A DNA stretch of 64,000 nucleotides, taken from a virus. The notes below the pieces were generated by a model. That model saw only the letters and a list, made by a program, of their open reading frames with translations, had not been told where the DNA came from and searched no databases. The stretch is from the IMG/VR virus record IMGVR_UViG_3300025174_000005; one strand, 5' to 3'. The position numbers and the translations under genes were made by a program. This document shows positions 26,993 through 36,436 of the stretch, piece after piece. How positions within the stretch are numbered: position 1 is the stretch's first letter; every line of letters starts with the position of its first letter.

Positions 26993-28114
26993 TTAGTTAT
27001 TAATCTCCTTGTTGTGTATCTGATATTTATTTTTAAACGCACAATGTTCTGGAACACATATACCTGATAGTTCTTTGAATTTGGGACATCCATATGTTTT
27101 ACCACGAGCTGAGAATTGATATCTAACTGTGTTTTCTATCTCACGTAATTCTCTATCATCTATAATTGGTGGATCGCATTTAAGCTGCGCCCAATCTATT
27201 ATAATGGCAACGGTAGTATCAATATCCATCCCTGTCTGTCTAAAGTGAGAGGCAAGAGCGGCTGCACTCTCATTTCGTTTACCTTGGCGTACCCCTTCCA
27301 TAAGCATCTTTTGTACACACGGTATATCTTCTGTATTTACATTAATACTTGTATTGTGTTCGCGTAAACGTTTAAGTTTTTGTTCTTCTATCCTTGCTGT
27401 TTCTTTAATAAGTAGTTGTATCATAATACGTGTTCTTGTATGGATACTTACGTTCTCATAACAATGACGTGTAATGGGTTTCTGTGCCATCTGGCAAATT
27501 TCATTATACGTGAGTAGTTGTGTATCTGTCAAGGTTAGGGGTATTTTAAATAAGTTTGTTTTACCGTGTCTTGTTAGGGGTACTCTAAATAATCTACGTG
27601 CATCATATACACGTAGATCTAAGGTGGTTACTCCTGTCATTTCTATAACTAGCTCTGCCAGTCTTCTGTATATAATATGTAAATGTTTGTGTGGTATTAT
27701 ATCTAATACCTCTGGTTCTATAATACCATGCACTCCCTTACTGCCACTAAAGAACCATTGTATTGCATGACTAGGTAAATACCATTCTGATTCAAAATAT
27801 TTAACTATCTTAGTTAGTTCGAATACAACTAACTTCCAATTAGCTTCTGGTGTACTTGCGTCTTGACTATCAAGATCAAATACCATAGGACCATATTTAA
27901 TGGCTTCTTCTTGTTTAATAGATTCATTTATATAATCTTCTGGTATACCTTCGTATCTTAGGTAGGTAGTAAATGTATCTGTAACTGACCACCTATCTTT
28001 AAGTTGGGCTAATTCTGTATTAGCTGGCCAATAAGTAAAGCGATTTCGTGCAAGAGCTTCGTTTGTGCTCGTACGAAATCGCCATCCGTATTCTATTACG
28101 TTTGGTTGTGTCAT
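26993..28114 (-). CDS. Archaeo-eukaryotic primase (AEP) with PriCT/PriL-like C-terminal domain
   Basis: VFDLDS (DxD), FSGSKGVH, D..VYD..RLFRVP; C-terminal PCV...G.RN..A..LA.HF...G ... YGC...GIC...C. Confidence 0.85.
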   Translation of the reverse strand: MTQPNVIEYGWRFRTSTNEALARNRFTYWPANTELAQLKDRWSVTDTFTTYLRYEGIPEDYINESIKQEEAIKYGPMVFDLDSQDASTPEANWKLVVFELTKIVKYFESEWYLPSHAIQWFFSGSKGVHGIIEPEVLDIIPHKHLHIIYRRLAELVIEMTGVTTLDLRVYDARRLFRVPLTRHGKTNLFKIPLTLTDTQLLTYNEICQMAQKPITRHCYENVSIHTRTRIMIQLLIKETARIEEQKLKRLREHNTSINVNTEDIPCVQKMLMEGVRQGKRNESAAALASHFRQTGMDIDTTVAIIIDWAQLKCDPPIIDDRELREIENTVRYQFSARGKTYGCPKFKELSGICVPEHCAFKNKYQIHNKEINN

Positions 28115-28138
28115 AGGTAGTGCCAGCTCCTAATTAGT

Positions 28139-28672
28139 TTATACACTTTCTATATTACTTAATACTTCTAATAAGTAATCGTTAAACTCCTTAATATTAG
28201 TAGAGTTAATATCTCTTATAGACTCTAATGTCCCTGCTGAGAAATTATGTACGTGTTCATTTAGTTCTTCATTCTTCTTAATACCAAGCCTTGTTTTTAA
28301 GTTCTTAAATCGCTGACGCTCTGTGATGGGTTCAGGCTCAGGTTGAACCTCAATATTTTCCAGAGATACCGCATCATCAACTAAAACTGCTCCACAATAT
28401 CTCATTGTCTCTAGAAGGGCGTAACGCTGTACGTCTTCTATGGTAAATGTAGAAGGAGCTGAGGACCATATCGTTCTAATTACCATATCTTTATCATCAT
28501 TAGCAGGTATTTCTAGATGACAAGCTATCATCCATGTAGCTGTTTCCCCAATATTTAAAAGAGTAGGTTCTTCAAATTCAATTAAACTAGTAGGGGATAC
28601 TTTTATGAGTATCCCTACTAGTTCATCTACTGAACTATTTTTAGATATTTGTATTCCTTGAAGTATATTCAT
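28139..28672 (-). CDS. Hypothetical protein, first gene of the replication operon
   Basis: Directly behind a consensus promoter; no SD. Confidence 0.7.
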   Translation of the reverse strand: MNILQGIQISKNSSVDELVGILIKVSPTSLIEFEEPTLLNIGETATWMIACHLEIPANDDKDMVIRTIWSSAPSTFTIEDVQRYALLETMRYCGAVLVDDAVSLENIEVQPEPEPITERQRFKNLKTRLGIKKNEELNEHVHNFSAGTLESIRDINSTNIKEFNDYLLEVLSNIESV

Positions 28673-28678
28673 GTCTAT

Positions 28679-28707
28679 ATTATATTCATTTAGTCTATAT
28701 ATGTCAA
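28679..28707 (-). promoter_or_regulatory. Perfect consensus sigma70 promoter
   Basis: TTGACA-tatatagactaaatgaa (17 nt)-TATAAT, then 6 nt to the ATG. Confidence 0.9.
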
Positions 28708-28708
28708 C

Positions 28709-29593
28709 CTAAAACCGAACGCCTATGTATGCCATCGGCTCAATACCCGTGCCACTAAAGGGCACAGCAACACCTACGCCCACAAAATAATCTCTGTTCT
28801 TGTTTAGGTCTTTCGAGACACCTAAACCTACTGCGAGATCGTCTCCTCCTCGGCGTTTAATTAACATAGCATCATAATTAATTTTACCTACAAAAGGTAT
28901 GCGACCTTCACCTACCGTATAGCTCATACCTTGTCCGTAGGTGGAATAAATAGCACTCCACCTACTGTGCTTAGTAGGTAGTTCTATTATCTCTGCCTTG
29001 GGCTTAACTATCGTCTCTATCTTAGTATTATTAACCTGTTCTCTAACTGCATCAGCTACGCTCTGTTTAAGTTCTCCTTTAGACATATCAGTAATTGGTT
29101 TTTTATCATCTTCTTTTGGTGTAATTTTAATAGGTTCTGCTTTAGCCACTGAGGATGCGTCTGTTGTAATCTTAACGCCTAATTTCTTCTTCTGATTGAT
29201 TAGATTCTGGAGTAAACTAGATGCTTCTCCTAGTGGTATGTTTAGGGCTTTAGATAGTGCTTCTGTAGCTCCACGCTCTATTGCTGGTAAATTACCTAAT
29301 GTAATATTGGGTGATGTAACTAGTGGATTATTGCCAGCTAATGCGGGTATTAGTATGTTAACTGGCGGTAATGGGTTATTAGATAGCGGTACTTTATCTG
29401 TGGGTCTATTGGCCATGGCTTGAAGTTGTAATGCAAGTAATTGGTTTTGTTGTTGTATAGGTTTTAGTATAAATAAATATCCCATTATAATAATACCTAT
29501 GAGAATCAATATAACCCCTGTCATAGCTACTGATAGAGAAATATATCCTTCTGGTGGAGCCTTACTTCTTAAGCTGCGTTTTATAGTTCTCAC
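28709..29593 (-). CDS. Membrane-anchored protein with C-terminal amphipathic beta-strands ending in Phe (spanin/OMP-like candidate)
   Basis: N-terminal TM, Q/P/K-rich linker, C-terminus LAVGLGVS..YFVGVGVAVP..MAYIGVRF. Confidence 0.6.
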   Translation of the reverse strand: MRTIKRSLRSKAPPEGYISLSVAMTGVILILIGIIIMGYLFILKPIQQQNQLLALQLQAMANRPTDKVPLSNNPLPPVNILIPALAGNNPLVTSPNITLGNLPAIERGATEALSKALNIPLGEASSLLQNLINQKKKLGVKITTDASSVAKAEPIKITPKEDDKKPITDMSKGELKQSVADAVREQVNNTKIETIVKPKAEIIELPTKHSRWSAIYSTYGQGMSYTVGEGRIPFVGKINYDAMLIKRRGGDDLAVGLGVSKDLNKNRDYFVGVGVAVPFSGTGIEPMAYIGVRF

Positions 29594-30420
29594 AATATCG
29601 AACCTCCTGGTCCTTGAAATAAATGTCCTTGTTTAGTTTTTTGATCTCGCACTTGGTGTTGTATTCGTTTCTTGTTGGTTTTTATTGGATTTTGTTCTGT
29701 TGGTGCAGGTAGTGATCGCATTTTAATGACTTCCTTTTGTTTTTCGTGTGCTATAGCACGATCGTGTATGAGTTGTTTCCGCTTGATCTCATACATCTTA
29801 AAATCTTCAACTGTCTCATATGTTGAAATGTCTTCTGCTGAGGGGCCACTGTATCCCAATCTGGATTCCTGTAGTTGTTCCTTTAAAGACGCTACTTTAT
29901 CTAATTCTTCCTGATATTTCTTACGTGCTAGTCTTGTAGAAATCCAATATTGTCGATCCTGCGCTTCAGAACGAGTATATTTAATAATTGCACTAAGTTC
30001 GCTCTCACTTAGTGTTAAATATTCTGGTTTAATTCCAACAAGCGGATCTTTTGATACTACTAATTTGGACAAATCAGCTGGAGAAGTACTTAATGTGCCT
30101 TCTTGTAGCATCTCAGAAATAATACTTTTTCCATGTTCGATACTTGTCTCACCAGTGCCTGCTGCCTGAGATTGTGCTAGATTTTCTAAGAAACTTTGAT
30201 TATATTCTGCGCCTATCCCCTTTCTCCCCAACCACTGCCGTAAACCCCCTATGCCACGAGCATATCTAGCCTTATCTATAGAAGTAACTCCCAGTTTTTT
30301 CATGGCTGATGATGCTAAGGTTTCAATTGTAGCAAAAATTGCAGCTGGTCTAGTGGCTGCTTGGGCTTCTGCTTTACGTACTAGCTGTTGAAGGGCGTAC
30401 TTGACTGGTGGTAATAACAT
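29590..30420 (-). CDS. Hypothetical helical protein
   Basis: Long ORF coupled to neighbours. Confidence 0.7.
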   Translation of the reverse strand: MLLPPVKYALQQLVRKAEAQAATRPAAIFATIETLASSAMKKLGVTSIDKARYARGIGGLRQWLGRKGIGAEYNQSFLENLAQSQAAGTGETSIEHGKSIISEMLQEGTLSTSPADLSKLVVSKDPLVGIKPEYLTLSESELSAIIKYTRSEAQDRQYWISTRLARKKYQEELDKVASLKEQLQESRLGYSGPSAEDISTYETVEDFKMYEIKRKQLIHDRAIAHEKQKEVIKMRSLPAPTEQNPIKTNKKRIQHQVRDQKTKQGHLFQGPGGSIL

Positions 30421-30426
30421 ATATGT

Positions 30427-30843
30427 CTAAACTATATCTTCTTTAGTAAATTTATTTTTGTTTTCTTCTACTGCTTCCTCAACTGCAGTACTCACTACAG
30501 GATTTGTATCCTGTAGTTTACCTTCAAATTTCTCAATAAGACCAACTAATAAGGTAAGATTAGCGGACTCTGCTATGGATTTAGCTTCTTCTAGAACTGT
30601 TATGGCAACTACTAAACTAGCTGCTAATATACCCACTTCCATGTAAGCGCCTAAACATAGAAATAATATAACTATAAGTATGCGTTGAACAAGTCTATCT
30701 AAGAAGTGAGATAGCTTACCCATTTCAAACTTACCGCTCTTACGCTGTTCTATAACGGTAACCAATAAATCAATCACACGAGTTAATATAAGCACTGTAA
30801 ACATCCAACTATTTACTGTAATAATCTGCAGTATAGCAAACAT
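30427..30843 (-). CDS. Holin-like membrane protein
   Basis: 2-3 TM segments, D..V.V...RKSG.F motif, E..SI.E, charged C-terminus as in phage holin family 4. Confidence 0.6.
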   Translation of the reverse strand: MFAILQIITVNSWMFTVLILTRVIDLLVTVIEQRKSGKFEMGKLSHFLDRLVQRILIVILFLCLGAYMEVGILAASLVVAITVLEEAKSIAESANLTLLVGLIEKFEGKLQDTNPVVSTAVEEAVEENKNKFTKEDIV

Positions 30844-30844
30844 G

Positions 30845-31741
30845 CTAATTACTTCCTTTTATTAAGTATTCAAACCCATTGTACTTCATCCATTCTTTAA
30901 CATCATCTATTGGTATAGCTAATCCAGGTGATGCCCCATATTTAGCAACCATTAGCGCATCTATGATGCCTACTACTTCTCCCTTAGAGTTAACAAGCAT
31001 ACACCCACTGTTGCCTGGCGATATAGATAGATCTACTTGTAAGAAGTCGCTAAGTCCTATAATAGAATGCGTCTTAGCAACGTATCCTTCAGAATAAGAA
31101 TGCTGTAATCCCAATGGAGATCCTATTGCCCTTACTATATCCCCAATCATTAATTTATTGCTACTGCCAAGCTTAACTGTTGGGATGTTAGTAGCATTGC
31201 TGTGTAGTAATGCTACGTCCATATACTTTGCTTTCCCTAATACTTTAAAAGGAGCATCGTACATTTGGTAGTCCTTATATAGCATATTGTTTGTTACCTT
31301 AATATCCCTACTTAATATCCTTGCATTAATTCCTGATTGATTAATGGCTTCTTGTACCATATTCACTACGTTCTCCCAATCAACTACATGAAATGCTGTT
31401 AAGTAGACTGTACTTGAATTATCTGATTTAATTGCAAATGAAGATCCTGTCCAGCGTAAGGTGATATTTACTGTCTTAGGAGATAGCTTTCGTGTGTTTA
31501 CCTCTTTTATATCTAACTCTAATGTTGTAAGTTTTCGATTATATAGACGCATATGTTTTTGTAATTTAGATTTTGAGGGCATACGATTGACCATAACTGG
31601 TACAACTATCTCATAGGTTATTTTTTGGGTGGCACTATCTAGTTGTTCATTGGTAGGTAATGTTTTAGGTAATTTAACATCATAAGATAGTATAAGTAAA
31701 AATGTTAGTAGTAGAAATACTAATATAGGTTTATTCTTCAT
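30845..31741 (-). CDS. Exported trypsin-like (S1, HtrA-like, no PDZ) serine protease
   Basis: N-terminal signal/TM; LTAFHVV (His), DVALL (Asp), ISPGNSGC (Ser), LVNSKGEVVGI. Confidence 0.9.
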   Translation of the reverse strand: MKNKPILVFLLLTFLLILSYDVKLPKTLPTNEQLDSATQKITYEIVVPVMVNRMPSKSKLQKHMRLYNRKLTTLELDIKEVNTRKLSPKTVNITLRWTGSSFAIKSDNSSTVYLTAFHVVDWENVVNMVQEAINQSGINARILSRDIKVTNNMLYKDYQMYDAPFKVLGKAKYMDVALLHSNATNIPTVKLGSSNKLMIGDIVRAIGSPLGLQHSYSEGYVAKTHSIIGLSDFLQVDLSISPGNSGCMLVNSKGEVVGIIDALMVAKYGASPGLAIPIDDVKEWMKYNGFEYLIKGSN

Positions 31742-31743
31742 AA

Positions 31744-32436
31744 CTATTTCCTCTCGATAATTAGGGATGCATAATTGTTTAGATGTTTACGTATAGCTTT
31801 TTCGTGAGCTATCATCTCCTTATATTTTATCCTGCACATATTGTCCTGTCTGAAGCAATACCTCGCTGTTGTTTCTGGTATATAGCAAAAATCATAGCGT
31901 TGGGCTAATCTACCCCACAGTTCCCAATCTTCATGATATTGGAGATCTGAATCAAACTGGAATTGAGGGAATATATCTGTTCTATGGGCTATGGATATTA
32001 CTGGTATATAATTGTTTATGAGAAATAGTTTTCTATCAAAAGGTCTTCCTGTTAAATTAAATATCCTGTTGGCTTCTTCTTGTATCCACTCACACTGCGT
32101 ATAAGCTAAAGTACAATCTTTATGATCTTGAAAATGCTGTGTAAATACATCTATGTGATTAGGCAAGTAAACATCATCGTCATCTAAGTATGCAACATGT
32201 GAAGTAGTAATTAATTTTAATCCTTCATTGCGAGCTCCAGCTAATGTAGTCTTGTCTATGTTAATCCATTGTATTCTATTGTCTTGTCTTAGTTTACGAA
32301 GTAGTTTGTGGGGTCGCTGACCCCCGTTGTTAATTATTACCACCTTAAAATCCTGATTAGTTTGATTGACTATACTACATAAGGCTCGCTCAAGTAGTTG
32401 TTCTCTATTGTATGTAACCATTAAGATAGTTATCAT
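31744..32436 (-). CDS. Glycosyltransferase, GT2 (GT-A fold)
   Basis: ILMVTYNR...L.RAL.SI..QT; ARNEGL; YLDDDD; EDWELW. Confidence 0.9.
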   Translation of the reverse strand: MITILMVTYNREQLLERALCSIVNQTNQDFKVVIINNGGQRPHKLLRKLRQDNRIQWINIDKTTLAGARNEGLKLITTSHVAYLDDDDVYLPNHIDVFTQHFQDHKDCTLAYTQCEWIQEEANRIFNLTGRPFDRKLFLINNYIPVISIAHRTDIFPQFQFDSDLQYHEDWELWGRLAQRYDFCYIPETTARYCFRQDNMCRIKYKEMIAHEKAIRKHLNNYASLIIERK

Positions 32437-33323
32437 ATGCTCATGGCTCTCTCATATAAATCGGCTACGATATCCCATGTCATCATAGTTGCACCTATCT
32501 GATTCTTTAATGCGTGCTCTTTACGACTTAATTCTCCATGAGAAAGAAAGTCTTTAGCTAATTGATGCGGATCGTTTGATGTATAGATATACATTGGGTG
32601 CATCTCTAAGTAGTCTCTACGTAATTCGTGGTGATATAGTCCCACTATGGGACGTGCTGCTAAAGCTGCATCTAGGATAGTCAGATATCCTCCTACGATT
32701 ACTATAGAGTTAGATTGAATATATGGTGTTGGATCTGTAAAACCATGATATACCATATTAATGCCTTGTATCATTTTACCATAGTAGGGTCCATCTCCGC
32801 AAATATCTACATGAAGCGCTTGCACCACTTCTATAAATTCTAGCACCTTAGGGAATGCATTATCATCACTCAATCTTCCTACATAGGTATATGTACCACT
32901 ATATGGTTTATATAATCCAGGCTTACCCTCTACAGCCCCATAGGTCACCAATCCCCATGGTGTTTTATAGTGTTGAGGTATGAAGGAACCTATATTAATA
33001 ATTCCACTACATTTCTCTGCAAGTTGCTGACGCCCTACTACTGTATCTCTATTTAAAGGATATGTACCCTCCCAACCATGGTAAACCATGGTCTTATGTA
33101 TGTGAGGTGGGGTTTCTAAATATGAATAAAAGTCATGGAAAACTACATGGGTATATTGCTTCCAGTTAATATACTGAGATTTATTATGATAGTGCCAGTC
33201 TACTTTGTGTCCACGGGTCTTTAACTTATCTGTAATCTTAGTGATATGATGTTGTACTCCGCCTATGGGCACCGTATCATACGGTAGATTATAGTGATGT
33301 GATATAAAAGCTATATTGGCCAT
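32433..33323 (-). CDS. Glycosyltransferase, GT4-like (GT-B fold)
   Basis: GGVQHH; YVGRL..D; ICGDGP; LDAALAARPIV (non-canonical EX7E). Confidence 0.8.
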   Translation of the reverse strand: MANIAFISHHYNLPYDTVPIGGVQHHITKITDKLKTRGHKVDWHYHNKSQYINWKQYTHVVFHDFYSYLETPPHIHKTMVYHGWEGTYPLNRDTVVGRQQLAEKCSGIINIGSFIPQHYKTPWGLVTYGAVEGKPGLYKPYSGTYTYVGRLSDDNAFPKVLEFIEVVQALHVDICGDGPYYGKMIQGINMVYHGFTDPTPYIQSNSIVIVGGYLTILDAALAARPIVGLYHHELRRDYLEMHPMYIYTSNDPHQLAKDFLSHGELSRKEHALKNQIGATMMTWDIVADLYERAMSI

Positions 33324-33324
33324 A

Positions 33325-34392
33325 TTATATCTTGCCTTGAAGAGCTTGTCTAAGTGAGACGGAATGCAATTTACTATCTTCCCTTACTCTATCATATCCC
33401 TTACATGCATGTGATGAAGGAATTGACATAACTCTCTCTATTTTTTCTGATAGGAATTCTTGATCTAAAGGCATTCGTGTATGATCGCTTGATGTTCCGT
33501 CTCCAAACGGTATACTATAGAAATCTATTAGGGCCATCTCAGCCAGCTCATCCATCTTTGTGTGGTAGGCTATGGGTACGCATGGTCTACCAACAAGTAT
33601 GGCTGATATCATAGCATGTAATCGCATAGGTACTATGCAGGTATGTTCTTCGAATATATTAAACATCCTTTGATAATCATGTTCTTTAACCGTTAACCAA
33701 TTAACTCTATGTGCGTATACAGAATTAAACTGTATGGCTTGTATGCATTTCTGATCGCGTGAGTCATGAAAAGACATAACACTGACTTTTGTTTTCTTCT
33801 TAGCAAAATAGTCAACTGTTGCGGCTAATGTATGTATAAAATCTTCATGCCTAGTATTGTCATATCCAAAGAAGTCGGCCATAATAAACAGTATACCCTC
33901 TGGTTGGATGGTAGTATGAAGATTCATTTGTCTTTGAAGGACTATGTCAGGAGCTATAATTATATCTCTGGTTACTCCTATTTGTCTAAGGCGTCTATAT
34001 GACATCTGATCTCGCACCGTTACTAAGGTAGCATTTTGTATAACATCATAGATAATATCAGCACTGAGAGCTGTAGTTATTGGATTAACACCTATACCAT
34101 AAAAGATAGCGGGCTTACCCTGATCTTCCATATATCTAAATGTTTCAAAAAAATTCTTAAGGATATTGCGCTGCGCGTCACCCACTACGCCACCAAAAAT
34201 AACTGAGCCGTCTAATTCGTCTCGTGAGGTAACTCGTTTAAGACCATATCTATTTACGATAGCATCACTGCAAGGAGAACATGCTGCAAATTCACACATA
34301 GGATTTATCTCTTTAAAATCTGCAATAACCTGATCGAGTAATAGATTGTCTCCTAGATTACCATTTCCGCTATATGAAATAATACCGATCAT
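33325..34392 (-). CDS. Polysaccharide pyruvyl transferase family (CsaB/WcaK-like)
   Basis: G.GNLGD.LL; FYGIGVNP; VTVRD..S...L; PDIV; MRLHAMI.A...G.P...IAY..K. Confidence 0.9.
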   Translation of the reverse strand: MIGIISYSGNGNLGDNLLLDQVIADFKEINPMCEFAACSPCSDAIVNRYGLKRVTSRDELDGSVIFGGVVGDAQRNILKNFFETFRYMEDQGKPAIFYGIGVNPITTALSADIIYDVIQNATLVTVRDQMSYRRLRQIGVTRDIIIAPDIVLQRQMNLHTTIQPEGILFIMADFFGYDNTRHEDFIHTLAATVDYFAKKKTKVSVMSFHDSRDQKCIQAIQFNSVYAHRVNWLTVKEHDYQRMFNIFEEHTCIVPMRLHAMISAILVGRPCVPIAYHTKMDELAEMALIDFYSIPFGDGTSSDHTRMPLDQEFLSEKIERVMSIPSSHACKGYDRVREDSKLHSVSLRQALQGKI

Positions 34393-34404
34393 ATTTACCC
34401 TCCT

Positions 34405-35346
34405 TTATTTCCTTATGTTATATAAAATGCCTTCTATATCACTTAGAATAATCTGTATGCGTTTATCATATGTGTGGTAATTAATTGTTCTTCTATATCC
34501 AGCGTTAGCTATTGACTGTGCTTCATCTGGATGCTGCATATAGTAATTTAAACGATCTATAAGGTCAGCTGCTGTTTGAAAAGTAGCTATCTCCCTACCT
34601 AGATCAAAGAACCTAGAGAGTTCTTGACAGAACTGTGTTAGTACAAAACCACCTGCAGCTGTGAGTTCAAATAATCTACACTTCATAGCCGCAATACCAT
34701 GTGGTTGATCAGTAAAAGATAAATTAATCTTAGTACGATTAATAACCTGGTTTACATCTATCGGATCTAATCTATGTTTATCTGTCCATGTAGGAGACTT
34801 GGTTCCGTAACCACCCATTATTTGAAAATTGTATTTAGATAGGTGGTTACTTAATTTAGCTGAACGCAACATACTTTCTCGTTGCGTATATGGTGTACCA
34901 ATAAATGATATATCAATTGTTTTGGGTGTATTGGGTAGTGGCTTATAGACTTCAGGATCTACTCCAAACATAAGGTATTTAGATTGAATATTCATTTGAT
35001 TATATGTAAAGGTAGAGGCTAGGTGCGTTGTATATACTAGGTGATAATTGGAAGCTATCTGTTGAGAACGTTGTTGCTGGATAAAGTAAGGATCATCTAT
35101 TTGCCAATTAATACGTACTATATTTGTATAAGCTTTTAGTATTTTGTTGTCTAAAAATTGACCATTGGGTACAACTATAAAGTCTGGCTTATATGTGTTG
35201 ATTGTTTCTATTAAGTGTTGTTGTAATCTATGATCTTTGGCTGTTAAAAGAAAAGGTATAGCTCCTACCTGTTTGCTAAACGCTTTCCATATACTATGGA
35301 ATAGGTTGCCTTCTAAAAGAGATTCGACTACTACAATACCACGCAA
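34405..35346 (-). CDS. Glycosyltransferase, CgeB/DUF3880-like (Glyco_trans_1_2)
   Basis: W.IDDP; FGVDPEVYKP; DISFIG..Y..R; KINL; RLFE..AAG.F.L; HTY..R. Confidence 0.85.
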   Translation of the reverse strand: MRGIVVVESLLEGNLFHSIWKAFSKQVGAIPFLLTAKDHRLQQHLIETINTYKPDFIVVPNGQFLDNKILKAYTNIVRINWQIDDPYFIQQQRSQQIASNYHLVYTTHLASTFTYNQMNIQSKYLMFGVDPEVYKPLPNTPKTIDISFIGTPYTQRESMLRSAKLSNHLSKYNFQIMGGYGTKSPTWTDKHRLDPIDVNQVINRTKINLSFTDQPHGIAAMKCRLFELTAAGGFVLTQFCQELSRFFDLGREIATFQTAADLIDRLNYYMQHPDEAQSIANAGYRRTINYHTYDKRIQIILSDIEGILYNIRK

Positions 35347-35368
35347 GATAAGTACCTACCAAGAGGGT

Positions 35369-35608
35369 TTAGTCTTTCCAACACCAGCGAGAGGAATGTT
35401 TTGGATTGCCGTTCTCATCAGTTAATAGCTTGAGGATGACATCTAACTTAGCTTCTATACGCTTCACTTGTTCTTCTGTTGCAAGTATTTGTACGTCATT
35501 ATAATAGCTATCTGTCAATTTAATATTACTCATTACTATAGGTTTAGGTAACTCTTCGGAGCAATCTCCAATATGTGTGTAATTAGTATTGTCTTGCTTA
35601 TCTATCAT
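35369..35608 (-). CDS. Small hypothetical protein inside the GT cluster
   Basis: GAGGAG SD; short coiled-coil. Confidence 0.55.
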   Translation of the reverse strand: MIDKQDNTNYTHIGDCSEELPKPIVMSNIKLTDSYYNDVQILATEEQVKRIEAKLDVILKLLTDENGNPKHSSRWCWKD

Positions 35609-35623
35609 ATTAGTAGTCTCCTC

Positions 35624-36436
35624 TTAACTCATATATGGTTTAGATTCGTTAGGTAGCTTGGGATATGAGGGAGCGTACCCTCCGTTCTCTGCTAAGAACT
35701 TACTCCAGTACTTCACGAATGGTCCCTTACCCTGTACTAGAGCACCATTAAAATGTTCTCTGTCCGTATGATCCATGTAGTGAATTATAACACTTTCTGG
35801 GCAATATCTAACATCATACCCTAGCATATTAACCATTAATCCATAATGTGTATCCTGAAAATAGCTTGGAGGATTATCATACTCTTCACATATCCCGCCT
35901 ATCTTATCAAATAAATCTCTTCGGTATATTCCAAATCCAGCGTAAGCATAGTTACCTGCTTGCTTCCAAGCAGGATTACTTAGATTGGATTGACATAAAG
36001 GTACTCTTGTGTCACCATTAGCGACTAGGTTCGCACCATGGCTCATAATAGAATACCTGTCACCACGCAGTACTAGGTGAGCTAGGTGTCCTATCTTGTC
36101 ATCTTCCTGCATTGCTTTAATACCATTACTTATCCAGCCTGGCGTAGCCATACAATCATTATTCATAAGAGCAAGGTGCTTACCTCGCGATAATCCTATT
36201 GCGCGATTATTACTTGTAGCATAGCAGTGTAGTTTGTCTTCAAAGATAAGCGTAGCGTTGTTGGAATAATGTTGTAATAAAAACTGTCGGCTACTATCCG
36301 TAGAACAAGCATCTACTATGATAAGTTCGTAGTCTACATCATTGGTATGTTGCAATATGCTATCTATACACTTCTTAAGTAATTGTACCCTATTGTGATT
36401 CATTACTATTATGCTTACTTGCGGGCTATATTGCAT
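35624..36436 (-). CDS. Glycosyltransferase, GT2
   Basis: VSIIVMNHNR..LL..CI.SI; IIVDA.STD; NN.A; LMNND; YFQDT.Y. Confidence 0.9.
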   Translation of the reverse strand: MQYSPQVSIIVMNHNRVQLLKKCIDSILQHTNDVDYELIIVDACSTDSSRQFLLQHYSNNATLIFEDKLHCYATSNNRAIGLSRGKHLALMNNDCMATPGWISNGIKAMQEDDKIGHLAHLVLRGDRYSIMSHGANLVANGDTRVPLCQSNLSNPAWKQAGNYAYAGFGIYRRDLFDKIGGICEEYDNPPSYFQDTHYGLMVNMLGYDVRYCPESVIIHYMDHTDREHFNGALVQGKGPFVKYWSKFLAENGGYAPSYPKLPNESKPYMS

